DNA of 64,000 bases from Ascidiella aspersa. Its lineage: Eukaryota. Every line of letters begins with the position of its first letter. The stretch's first letter is position 1. This document shows, piece by piece, positions 12,501-25,200 of the stretch. Where the stretch lies: the NCBI GenBank assembly GCA_963924565.1, contig OZ004607.1, positions 9,300,001 to 9,364,000 on the forward strand, read 5' to 3'. The translations under genes and the position numbers were made by a program. A model generated the notes under the pieces. It made no database searches. It was not told the origin of the DNA and was given only the letters and a program-made list of their open reading frames with translations.

Positions 12501-15500
12501 GCCCACTAAAAAGGCTCTGCGGCCCACATTTGGGCCGCGGCCCACAGTTTGCCGACCACTGTATTAGGTGATGTTATCATTGGTTAGTACTACTCCAATG
12601 GCTTGATCACATAATACACATTGTGCATATGTACATTTTAGTTACTTTCCGTAAGCTGTTAGATTTGGTATTGTAATATGTATTAACTCACATTGTTCAG
12701 GAGGAACTTCAGCAGTGGCGAAAAGGTTTTGAACCGAAAGAAAAGAAGCCAAAGTATAAGTACAAGACCATCGACGAATTGAGAAAGAGTGGAAAAACTA
12801 TGAAAAAGAAGAAAATATCGTCGCCTGATCACTCGCCTGCTGTTCCCAGCATGCACGCCAATGTTAAAGTTATTGACATGACTGGGAAAGAGAAGAAAGT
12901 CTTTTCAGGGTAAATGGTTCTATATACTCATCAGAAAAAAACATTGGTCTAAATTTTATACTTTTCTACTAAGTTGTGTTTAAGATGAGCAATTGAGCAT
13001 GGACTGTAACGCCACAACGCTACAAGTCAAATTATATGTCATTGTAGAGTTTATTCATTTGAGGTTTTTACATATTTTTTAAAAATGTTTTAGTTTATTA
13101 TAATGTGTAAATAAGATTATTTTTTTGATAGATTAAAAACTGGATACAGGATGCACATTTTAATTTTTTGAAATGGTAGTTTGGTGCTGAATAATCCTGA
13201 AGCCAGTGCAGCTGTAGATCACCTTGTTCAAATATTTCAACTAAATGGTTTTATTTTTTAAATATTAAAAACAATTTTTGTGAGTTTAAAATTTCATTTA
13301 ACAACTATTACTCTTTCTTCCTAAAATATACCATTTTGTAGGTTCTACAATTGAATAATAGGTATAATGCCTTTTGTAGTGCTTTAGCCTAAAAGGTCGA
13401 TGGTTTACCTGCGAATACTACATACGGTCTTTTTCAAAACAATGCCACCATTGTGGTTGTATTCTAAGTTTCTGAATTCACCATGGCAGCCAAAATTGCC
13501 GCTATTTTACAATTATCCCTAAAGTTTTACCATATTTAGCATTTTTTCATGAATATTTGTTATGGTTGCTTTATCCAGCTACCATGCAATCGCCGGGAGG
13601 GTGGCTGCTGGGTCTGATGCGGACAGCGATGAAAATGCGGAGGCAATGGACAATCGTTTGGACATCTTCTCCTGTCCGGAGCTGCTTCACAACCTGGAGA
13701 CACTAATCGAAGAAACTGAACAGAAGATTTTATCTGTATCTGCAGTTTTTTCTTTGATATAATTGTTGTTGAGTTTTGTTAGAAACGCTGATTTTTGCAA
13801 GTTTAAGTTTTTATGTCTCCAAAGTGATGGAAAGGTGTTTTGGTTATTTTAAATAATTTACCCCACGTTTTTTAAGGATTTTTTTACTTTAGGATTGGTT
13901 TTGTAACTGTTTCTACTGTAGTAACTGTTTTAATTTTGGTATTTTTTATTTGTTTAGTAAACAGTTCTTAAATTTTAAAGAGTTGTTAAAACGTTTGGCC
14001 AACTTAAACACGTTTTTGCACAATTTTACCTTGCCTGGTAATGTTCACTTAACAATTTTGTTTGTGTTTTTAGGTCGACAGACAGAAGCAGTACGAAGAA
14101 GACAGATCGGTTGGCCTCGAACACCAGAAAATCAAACTGGAAGAAACTCTGGAGAAAGAGTCGGCCGAAATTAACAGGGTTGAGGTACGAAATAATTTTA
14201 AATCTATGAATCCAACATTTTAACTACAAACTAAAAAAAAATTATTTTCGACCCCAGGTGTTCGCCTATTTTTTGACGTTTTTTCTGGTTTGTATTGCAG
14301 GCAAAGTTGCCCCGACATTTATAAATTAATTTTAATTTTTACATAGCAGATAGCACTTTTTGCTTTGTTTTTATCAGGCCATAAGCGTATAATGTCAATT
14401 TTGCCTAATCGAAACTGAAAAGTTGCACAAACAACAGGTTTACATAAACACAAACCTATATATTTATTCTATGCATAGCCTTTAAATTTTATTTCTGATT
14501 GATTTTTGAATTAAAAAAAAATGCTACAAAACACACATTTAAAACTTTTTGTTCTCCATTTCATCTACATTTAAAAACTACCTTTTAGACCGTTTTGCGA
14601 ACCATTGAATCGTGCGAAGAAAAGCTGTCTTCCGATATCCACTGCGAAGAACTCCTTGACCACTTCGCTGAGGTCATTGGAGACCTTCAGGTATCCTGTG
14701 TTCACGCAGATTTTCTAGCTTTTAAAGTAGTGGTTTGTTTTTGGCGTTGGGAAGCTATTTCAGTTTACTAAGAGTTCAGTGAAACAAAATAGGTCACCAA
14801 AAACCTTTGCTATTGTACCTCAGCTAATAATATTTAGGTCGCCGCAAAAATAATTGGGTAAACACTGTAGTAGAGTGTTTTTTGTTGTTGTCGAAGTATA
14901 TATTTTTATTGCTTTTTAGGCAATAAAGAATTAAGATATCTTATGATGATCACTAATCGGTGATTTCTGTTATCTCCTCTGGGCTCGATTAAAACCTTAT
15001 TTTGTATGTCTGGCGTAAATTGCGTGATGGTGAGTTTATACTGCTGCTCGGCTAAATTATTATATAAAATGCAACTGCAGGATTTCAGTTTAAATACCCA
15101 GGCTACTTGGAAATCGCTTTTTAAATTGTCGCTATGTTAATACGGTCTATTAAAATATGTACACCACAACCAAAGCAAGCAGTTGACAACAAAACTGTAA
15201 AACTTCTGGTTATTTACTTAAGAATACAGCAATCCTGAATATTTTCGGACCAAAATTATCGCTCTCGTATCCGATATCGAATGACGTCATAATGCGTCAA
15301 AATGCTTATACAAGCAAAATAGAGTAAATTAAACCGTTTAAGGTTGTTTTCAGGTTGTTAGGCTAACATTTCCATTAAGGTTAGTCGTCAGCCATTTCTT
15401 TTTATTCTGTTGTTAACCTACTGTTTTGTTTTTGATAAATTTACCTTTTAAGGTCATATAGCTGCAATTGATAAATCATGGATGAAATTCCAATATTAAT

Positions 15501-18500
15501 TTGGTATCGTATCGACATCGATACCACCTTGTTAACAAACGAGTACCGACACTACCACTTGACATCCGGTTTCGACTCCGATCTCGTATTATATGACATC
15601 CCTGGTCCTAAACATCGTAACCGGCGACGAATAACGTTTAGGTGTTTAAACTTTCTGTGTTTTCAGGAGAAGTACTTTGCGGAATACCGGATGTTCGAGC
15701 TTTCCAACCTTGCGAGGGTAATGGTATATCCTTTACTACAGAAATATCTCGCGAAGTAAGCCCTGTGTATATGTTGCAATTGCAAGGGTTTTTATACCAT
15801 TTCTCTCACTACGTCATTATCCTTTTTTGACTACAAAAATTTTTAATTTTTTTTACGAGAAAACTTGTTTTTAGTTTTATAGCTACAATTATTGAATCCT
15901 GAAAGTTTTGGTAACAAACAAAAATAAAAAATGCGTTGCCTACTTAGTAATTTTCGGTGTTCAATGGTTCTCCAAACTTGAAAACAAAGGAAAACAAGAA
16001 AACTGTACTGCTAAAGCAAACTTTTATTAAGATGTTCCTCAGTCTTTAAACTAACAAGCAAATTTTTTTCGGCTGCTAAAGCTTATAACGAAAACCAATG
16101 CACACAACTCTCTTTTACGCTAAAGAAAGTTAAAAATGCTCAAGTATACCCTTCCTAGCTTTACCCCAATGCCCCATAGTTATTTTTCGTTTGTGCTATA
16201 TGTCTCTTTGCGCATCTTTCCTGTCGTTTCTCGCATTAAACTCCGTGTATTTTTCGTCCTCAGCTGGAACCCTCTCAAGCACCCGCGTTACGGCTTCGGT
16301 GAAATGAAGAGATGGAAGCTGATGTTCGAACTGGACAAGTCGTCCTTTTCTGTACAGGTAAGTTACCTTTAAAGCGAATTAGGTCAAAAAAGCCATATAC
16401 ATTTCCCTTTTGGTTAACGATTCCCCTTTATATGTTAAAGTGGTAATTAAATATCGCGATTTTCACGAAAATCACCATATTATGTAAATAATCATCTTCA
16501 CATGTAAAATGAGTATTTTCTAACCAAATTTTCAGAAATTTTCAAATAGTAATGTTATCATATAATATCGGATTAAAAACGGTAAAAGGCCGTACATGTA
16601 TCGATACTCATAATCATAAAATATTTAGAATCTATAGGGACGAACTTGTATTGGGTATAAGCTCTGATCAGAAATATCTAAGTCGTCAAATCAGTGTGTC
16701 CTCTCTTTTTTAAGGATGTCGAGGCCGAAACCCTGAATATACCATATAAACTACAGCGCTAAACCACTTGTTTGCTTAACAACCCGTAAAACACAATACC
16801 ATTGTATGTTTTGAATCACTCGTTATAGCTAGGACTGCGGAGTTAATGAAAAATAACCCGAATCTGACTCCCGAGGCCGACTTCGGTAAAATGTGCGATT
16901 TTTTTTCGTAATTTTTCGCTCGTAATTGGTTCTTGAATAGGATCGGCGTTAGTTCTTCTAAGTGTTGTAATGACTCAAGTCATTGACTGTTTTCAAATGA
17001 CTTGACTTGACTTTAGTCTTTTCGACAAATGACTTGACTTGGACTTATGTCATTTTGTCTAATAACTTGGGATTAAATTAAGTGTTTTTGATTAAAAATT
17101 TGTCTTAATTTTTGCACATTAAACACTTTGCTTTTTGTATATTGCGTTTGTGTTATTTTTTATTTAAATTGTTGCTTATAATCGGACGAGATTACCAATT
17201 ATAATAGTTTACCAGTTTACTTTTATGTCAATGACATGGCTTGAATTGACTTGCTCTCATAATGACTTGACTTGGGAAACCGATGACTTGGACTAGGACT
17301 TGACTTGTTATTTTTCCAAAAGACTTGACTCGGACTTCAGTTACTTTTCAAATTTTGACTGGGACTTAAGTCATTACAAAATGACTTGTTGACAACACTA
17401 GTTCTTTTTGCCTAAAATACCGGGTGTCGCTGTCGGAATAAACACGACGAACGGTCATTCCTTTTCCTTTTCGCAATTAAATCCATACATAATTCTGCTA
17501 CCAGAATGTGTCGGAGGAGACCGATGTCTTCCAGCATATGATGTGGGATTGCTGGATGCCACGTGTCCGATCGCACCTCATCACTTGGGATCCTCACGAA
17601 TGCGAGCCGGTCCTGATCCTCGTGGAGCAGTGGATGCCTCTTCTTCCTCCCTGGATGCTGGAGAACATCCTCAGCCAGCTGGTGGAAGATTGCGTTTGTT
17701 GTTGCGAATTTAAAGAAACGGGCGAATCACTGATACCAACCATACTACTTTTTGGCCATTTTTTAATAGTTTGCAAAGTTTTTAATAGGAAACGTATCAC
17801 AGTTTTCGATGATGTTTTCTTATTTTACTTGTTTTTTAATTTTCCTGCTCAAAATATTTCAATTTCAGGGGAAATACTTTACTTTTTGAAAACCATTGGA
17901 AGTACAAGAAAACTCTACATTCAATGAATGAAATTATAACATCCGTCATTTTTTTGTTATTAAGGGAAAGGGGGATTAAGTTGTCGGTTGAGAAATCTAA
18001 TCACTGATGTCTCCATGATCCCTAAATGTGCAAAACGTATTTAACTAAGCATAAGATATTCGTCACAGAACCAGTGAAATATAATGGACAACTGGTTTAA
18101 CACCGGTTCTCAAATTCGCGACAAAATTAATGTAAATTGATATGGCTCGTCCTACAGCCACCTCAAACGACAATGACGTGTACAATGCACATTGGTATAA
18201 TAGAACTTTCACACAATGCTACCTAGACCTGATCTACTACATGTATTTACTTCTGCCTTAAACTTCAACCCCATTGTTTCTCGACGCAGGTTCTTCCCCA
18301 GATGCAGAAAGCGGTGGACGGGTGGAACCCCCTGACGGACCCGGTGCCCCTCCATTCCTGGATCCACCCCTGGTTGCCCCATTTGAACGAGCGACTTGAA
18401 TCACTGTAAGACGAGGGTAACTTTTCCAACCGGGCCGTATGCTATACACTCGTTATTTGTGTTGTATTTCCGTTTCTGCTTTGCCTAAACAGTTATTACG

Positions 18501-21500
18501 TGAAAAGAGATATCTGTAAAAGCCGTCGGGATTGCATTCTGTTACTGGGCTTAGGGAAATAAAAACGTGTAGAATGTTCAGTAGGTAGGGCTACAATCAG
18601 TTGGTAGAATGACAATCCTGTATACTTTAATCTAGCCCCACAGTACATACCAACGATTACGGAATACGATTACGGAGTGCCTTCAAAATGTTGACGGTGT
18701 GATGGTCGATTCAGAGGTCGTGAGTTCGAACCTCACAGTAGGCTAGTTGTTTTTCTCCTGGTTAAACCGTATTCATGATTAGACTGACTGATTTCGATAA
18801 GCCTTTTAAAAGGCCCCCAATGTAACTGAAGGTAACTCAGTTCTCTTGAAGTAAATCAGTTATGGATCCGCAAGGTTTGATATGTATGGCGTTTCTTTGT
18901 TGTACCCAAACATAACAAACCGTTTGCAAGGCCAAATTAATCTGGGTCAACCCTACAGTCGGGTAATGAACGTTGGGTGGCTCATAAATGCCAAAATTCA
19001 CCTCACATATTCAATGATCTCCACCCTGAAACTCTGTACTTCCTCGTCCAGGTACGGACCCATAAGACACAAGCTAAGTGGAGCTCTACAGATGTGGCAT
19101 CCAAGAGATCCCTCTGCCAAAATTATCCTTCAGCCCTGGCAGAAGGTCTTCTCTAGAGGAAGCTGGGATGCTTTCGTCATCAAGACAATCTTGCCCAAAC
19201 TAGGTAATAATGGGGATCGTAAGTTAACCTTTTGGATGCTGCGTTTTTAGTTCGATGATGCCCAATATTGTGCTCATTCGATATTATTTTACTACCAATG
19301 TAGGATACATACACATACGTGTGAATTGTACAACAACAGGGATCTAGCCTCTAAAGTCGTTTTTTAATCAACGATTACGACTTACGTATCATAGTAAACC
19401 GGGAGCCTTCAGTAGATTAAGCGAATCATTCGACCAATGATGCAAGCAAGGTCAGGCTAGAAATAAAAACGGCCTGTAGTGAGGTTTGAACTCATGTCCA
19501 TCGGATATTTAAGGCCTCCGGTACCTCTTTATTATATAGCTACTATATTAAGACATATCCCAGATTGAACAAAGCTTGTATTTTCTATAATCATTAACAT
19601 TTTTTAGCCAAATGCCTTCAAGATTTTGTGGTGGATCCCCGAAAGCAAGATCTGCAAGACTTTGAAGCGGTCGTTTCTTGGGAGGTAAATTGACATAAAT
19701 ACTAAGACTGAAAGCCAACTCCTCTTGGATAAACCCAAGCCTGCTTTTAGTTTATTTAGATATTGCTAGCGTCACCTTATTATCGAATCCATCGGCAGTG
19801 CGCCTTACCCAAATATCAGGCTTGAAAATGATAAGTGTTGAACATTCTATCAGGTAAAATTACTTAACTTGAACTTGACTCCAGTCTTTCGGATAAATGA
19901 ATTGACTTCATTTGGACTGGCGTTATCGACTCGAGTGTCTTAGTTTGAAATTGAGGGGTTTTATATAACATTTATTATAAAATTGAGCGATTTATTATAA
20001 AAAAATTAATCTATTTTATTATAAAATTAAGCTATTTAAGTTTTACAAATAAAACGATTAGATAGCTACATGTTGGTTTTTGTGGTATTTTTTGTTGAAT
20101 TGTTGCCCATAAAGCTGGAAACTTTAATAGTTTATCGTTATATTTTTTTGATATCAGTAATATGATACTTCGACATGACAAGTCATGGCACTAATGCAGT
20201 ACTTGAATCAACGTTCTCCTAATAGTTCAAAATTTTGTCCAAAAAAATTTATTTTTAAGTCAAAAATGGTCAAAAGTTCATTTTTCACAGGCGAACATTT
20301 TTCAATTTTATGTCAAAAAGTAGTCGCCCCAGTTATAACAGTATACTAAACAACACAAACGTATTCTTCCAGGGCCTTATTCCGTTACCTAGCCTAGTGA
20401 CGCTGCTGGAAAAGCACTTCTTTCCCAAGTGGCTTCAGGCCCTCAGCGTTTGGCTGAACGGCACCCCCGACTTTGACGAGGTGGGAAAATGGTACACGGG
20501 ATGGAAATCGATGATTTCCGAAGAGCTGCACACAAATTCGCTTGTTAAGGTACTAAATGCTACTTGTTGGACTACTTGTTAAAAGGAAGGTGCTACATAA
20601 CTCGCGTCAAGGGTAGCTGTACGGTGTTATATTGTTACACTTTGGGTTGTCCTATACATTTTTGCATTTTTGACACCAATACAAGATATTTTGGACAAAG
20701 TATCATTTTCCGATTAAATACCGAATGACGTCATTTCTATGCTCAAACAGGCAAAATGGAATAATTTAGAACGTTCAAAAGACTTTTTTTCCGGTTTATA
20801 AGCCAAAATTTGCTTAAGCCTTAAGACATTCAATAACCTCCAGTTGTTAACCTATGCTACTTAAATTTACCTTTCACGGTAGAAATCGCTGGGTAGGATT
20901 GCAAATCATGGCTGAAATACCTATGTTATTTGGTATCTGATACCAAAACAACCTCTTGGCATCAGGCATTGGAAACGAACCGATATTGTCGAACATCCCT
21001 AATTGCTACTAAAGTCATTAGTTTTTATTGCTTATCTGTCAAGTGTGTCTTTAAACGCAAAACAACGCCCATGTAACGCCCACCAACTCGTCCAATCACA
21101 GGACGCCTTTAAGCAAGCTTTAAAGATGATGAGCCGCGCCGTCGAGGGGAACCACCCAAAGGAGAATCGCGGCTACGAGCAAGAGGAGCTAGATCACGTG
21201 AGTATTTTTTTCTTCCAATTTTAGGTCTTTGAAAAGTCTTAAATTATTTCGGATTTTTTATAAAATTGTGTAGTAACCCTGAATACAAGAAATTCGACGA
21301 TTAAGATGATTTACATTCAATTTCTCTATATGTTAATACGTTTTAACACATCATCTGTAAATTAATTGTGTTTCCAAAACCATTATGGCGTACAGTACAC
21401 GTACAGGGTTGCCAAAGTTACTGATTTGCTTATTAAAAAGTTATAAAACAACTATGTTTTTTCAAAGTCTTGAATTTCTTCTGTCCTGCCAAGTTTTGCG

Positions 21501-22227
21501 TTTAGAAAGTGTCGTAGTAAAGCCAATTTTTCAAATATTTGTTATTCGACCAGGAGACTTATACTGTTTTCTTCGTTCTAATTTTAGATCTCCAAAAAGC
21601 TGTAAAATCTTTGAATATCGTCCACATTTTTTTTCATAAAATTTGTGTGGCGAACCTGTATGTTAGCTTCAATGCTTGTTTCACGTCAACAACCTCAACC
21701 AATATTCCGCCGGGAACACACAATAGAATCCAAAAAAGGAACAATACCTGAAGGAGAAAACTCTATAAAACCATACTATTAAGACCAACGACACAAATAC
21801 AACCAAATACGCAGTAATAGGCAGTACAGAATAAGATCGAAATCGTCTGATAAAGACCTAAATCCGCCGGAATACATGGTCAAAATAACTCTTATTTGTC
21901 CATTCCGCCAACACTATTCTTACAGCGAACTTAAACTCTTTGTAACCCCTTAACATCCAGGCTCCGGACTTTCGCCAGCATCCTTCGCGTCCACCTCTTC
22001 CTCCACCTCCGTCCTCTTCCTCCGTGCCTTCCAGCTTCCGGGATCTGATCCGGATGCGAGCCGAAGAGCGCGGCATCCTCTTCATGCCTCTTCCAAAGAA
22101 CAGAGACGGCCAGACTCTCTACCGCCTCGGGGAGCACGTGGTATACATCGACAAGGGGGTCATTTTCCAGAAGGCTGGAGACTCCTATCTTCCCGTCTCG
22201 CTCCAGGATATGCTGGACGACGCTTGA
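9595..22227 (+). CDS. TFIP11: Tuftelin-interacting protein 11 (TFIP11/Spp382/Ntr1, G-patch spliceosome disassembly factor), 17 coding exons, 824 aa
   Basis: Exons 9595-9758, 10188-10316, 10573-10730, 11056-11255, 12701-12909, 13579-13735, 14074-14184, 14589-14690, 15667-15755, 16264-16357, 17505-17681, 18290-18405, 19052-19203, 19608-19684, 20373-20549, 21102-21197, 21961-22227 join to 2475 nt in frame. Motifs: N-terminal [15 protein letters not shown]; G-patch [31 protein letters not shown]; VKVIDMTG; PELLHNL; [19 protein letters not shown]; [16 protein letters not shown]; C-terminal [15 protein letters not shown]. Confidence 0.95.
11910..12078 (+). mobile_element. tRNA-derived SINE, best-preserved copy; others at about 18586-18830 (+), 19390-19550 (-), 48205-48360 (+)
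   Basis: GCCTGTG..CACAGGC acceptor-like stem, A box TAGCTCAGTTGTTAGAG, B box GAGTTCGAACCTC, a T-run, then a non-tRNA body shared by the other copies; the anticodon arm is irregular. Confidence 0.75.
12087..12561. mobile_element. hAT-like MITE
   Basis: TIR CAGTGGTCGACAAACT / AGTTTGCCGACCACTG; TSD TATTATGT / TATTAGGT (7/8); subterminal GCGGCCC repeats. Confidence 0.85.
16960..17400. mobile_element. hAT-like MITE with GACTT subterminal repeats; relatives near 19860-20200, 36868-37000 and 63684-64000
   Basis: Ends AGTGTTGT / ACAACACT; TSD GTTCTTCT / GTTCTTTT (7/8); many GACTTGACTT units. Confidence 0.75.
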
Positions 22228-25200
22228 GCGCGCCCTTGCGGCTGATTTGCGGTCGAAGTTTGGTCGTACGGTGGCGATACAGGACGCTTGTCGTTAACGG
22301 CGTCGAGGGCCGATTTTGAGAGCCGAAAAGCGCAGCGGAAAATGCGAAATGTTTTTTTTATTTTATTTTTTTGATAAACTCTACTTCGAAAAGGCGAAAT
22401 ACGTTTTTTTAATACGGGTTTGGTTGAAATCCTTCACGACGAACGCATTTTCTCTCTTGAATACGGTTTGTATTCACTGCTTTACCAGTTTTTTGACTCT
22501 ACTTTTGATTACATGTTCTGTACGAAAGAAAAACGATCAAACAAGTGATCCCCGTTTTTTTAGCTCTATACTTCTTAGCTGTATCCGCAAAGTTGTGCAT
22601 GATTTTCAAATTGCCTAATACTAACGGAGGCGCAATGCTATCAATTTATGATTTTGCGACTGCATGGTTCAACACTGTCGATTAGTAGTCACAGCATTGT
22701 TCCCCTCTTCCAGGTAGATTTGCTTGACAGACCAAATGTGGGTTTAACACGTTGTGTTAAAAAAGGTCACAAAACTACTATTTCGAGCATTCGTTTCGGT
22801 GGATTAAAACTAAATGACTACGGTATTTTCACTCTGTTTGTTCTGCAGATTGCCCACCCTTGATATAGACAGTATTTTTACCAAAAAAAGATTAGAAAAA
22901 ATGTAAGTATTTCCTAATCGTAGTCCAATAAGAGCAAATCGTTTTTTGTCTTTGATGCTAGTATCGTGTTCTGTCTAACGGCTGTTTATCTATTACTTTA
23001 TTTTTACTATGCACGGCTAAGAGCAGTTTTAAAGCCTTCACCCATACGCCTGATACAAGTTCATCATAACACAACGTTAAGTGAAAAAAGAACCTTAGAC
23101 TGTAGTTTATCAGGTCACAAAAGGGCAGAAAAGAACTTCCGAGAAAGATAGAGCGATACTTTTAGCAAAATACCATGTTTTAAAAGAGTTGCATCTTGGC
23201 TGGCCAATGTGTTTTACAAAACGTACCAAGGCGGGGTTAAAGAAGGGTGACAATCTTTTTTCTGAAGCGGTCGTCTAAATGTTAAAAATCAACCCTACAC
23301 TTTAAGGCTGATGGATCGAATGCAAAGTCATCCCGCATATCGTCTTAAATGGATAAACACGATTCGAAGCTGGCAAGAAACGCTCACTTGGTTTCCTCCC
23401 CGGGACGTCTGTTCCCAACCGGAAGGCCCTAATTGCGACATTGACATTTTCCAATTACCCTGCAAATGTGTGACGCAAACGCCGATTTTCCCGGGTCCGC
23501 AGCGCCCTGGACGTTTATTGCCAATCGGGGGGAGCTAACAGTCCAAAATCTCGGTTTGCGCTTTTGTGTTTTGCCGATCGATTGATTTTTCCAATGAAAA
23601 CCCTTGGAAATTCGTGACCACCGTGGGACCTGGCACCTGCCGGAAAAATTGGCGCGGGCGTACTACGCAAAGAAATGCATTTTTTTAAGAAGCCGATTGC
23701 TTGAACTGCTTTTTAAATTGGTGGTGGATGTTGGCTAAAAATAGAAATATTACGTGGGTTACCGAAGGTAACGTAGGCTATAATATGACAAGTTTATGTA
23801 TTTTTAAAATAATATGGATCGACATTTGATCCCGTTGTCTACAAAGCATTGTTGCACATTTCAAGTTGGGTACGTTTTAACATTAAGTGGAGTATGTTTA
23901 ATACATTTAGGCCTACTTATGTACAAGTGGGGGTCGTCTTTTCATGATGCGTTCAATATTCCGTGCAAACTACAAGAGTCTTCTACTACGGTGTACCGTT
24001 AACAGGAATGATAGATCATAAATAAACTTAATTCGCCTATTGTTCGCTATGGTGCGTTGATTCCGTATAAAAACTCAATTTAATGTTTACAGTAAAGTCA
24101 AATTCAATAATGGTTTTACCATCCTCACGGTTTTAAACAAAAACGTAAATTGGCTAGAGAAAGCCCTGCAAAACGCCGTTTTTTTAGTGGTAGTAATCCA
24201 GTTTATCATTTACAAGCGATTTAAAAAACAAAAATACCAGAACATTTCTCGCAGCGGTAAGCTTGCAATTATAACCTTTCCGAATTGATCTTGAAATTGG
24301 ACTGGTGTCAATGACCCTAGTTTGCACTCCCGGGACAAGCAACTATTGCCGGCAATATCCTTGGCAAAGTTGGATTTTGGTGTATGTTGTCCGATGGATC
24401 TGTTTCTTTTTGAACAAAGTCGATGCCTTTTAGAAGCATTGCTATTCAATACAGGACGTCTCCTTATATGAATTCCACCTGGCAGGCTATTACTACCCCT
24501 TTTGTATATCTGTAAGAGTCCACTAGGTTCCCAGGAAAACTTTGGCATAGGGTAGTTATTGAAAGTGGAATTCTATTACCGGAACGCATGGAAATTTTTG
24601 AAGATGACGTCACAATGTTGCATTATAACGACTTCCAAAACAAGTAATCTAAGAAAACCTGATATTATCGTTCGATGTCGTGCACAAATATTTTAAAATC
24701 TTAGTTTAAATGTCGGTACATGTAAGGAAGTTGGCGGATGGCTGGTGAAAAAGCTATCACCTGGTAAAAAAGGACATTTTTTGGATACAGCGTGTTATAG
24801 CCTACCTGCGAAACTTCTTACCGTACCTCCGGGCTGACTTTCGCCACTGATCCAGCCCCAACCTTTCTTTTTTTAAATGTTCCGTTTGAATGCTAACTAT
24901 TTTGCTATTGTACCTTTTTATTTCCATAATGAATTACAATTAATTTTTTATATAAGGTTAAATGTAATTTGAGGTAACTACACTAAATAGGTTAAAAAGC
25001 AACTATAGATTTAAGGTTGTCACATTCTGTGATGACTGGTTCCTGTACTTTTTAAACCGCGTTGCTCAGTTTAAAACTATATTTAAACAGTAAGAAATCA
25101 ATTAAATGATAACTTTCTTGATATCGCCTTAACATTTTTATAAGGGGCTAGGGGAAGGTTGCCCTAGATGGGACGTTGCCTGAGTCAGGACTTGGGGATT

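Noticed and set aside
16960-17400. GACTT repeat arrays as a CRISPR-like array or satellite
   Set aside because: Units are 5-10 nt without unique spacers, bounded by TIRs and a TSD, in a eukaryotic intron: MITE subterminal repeats.
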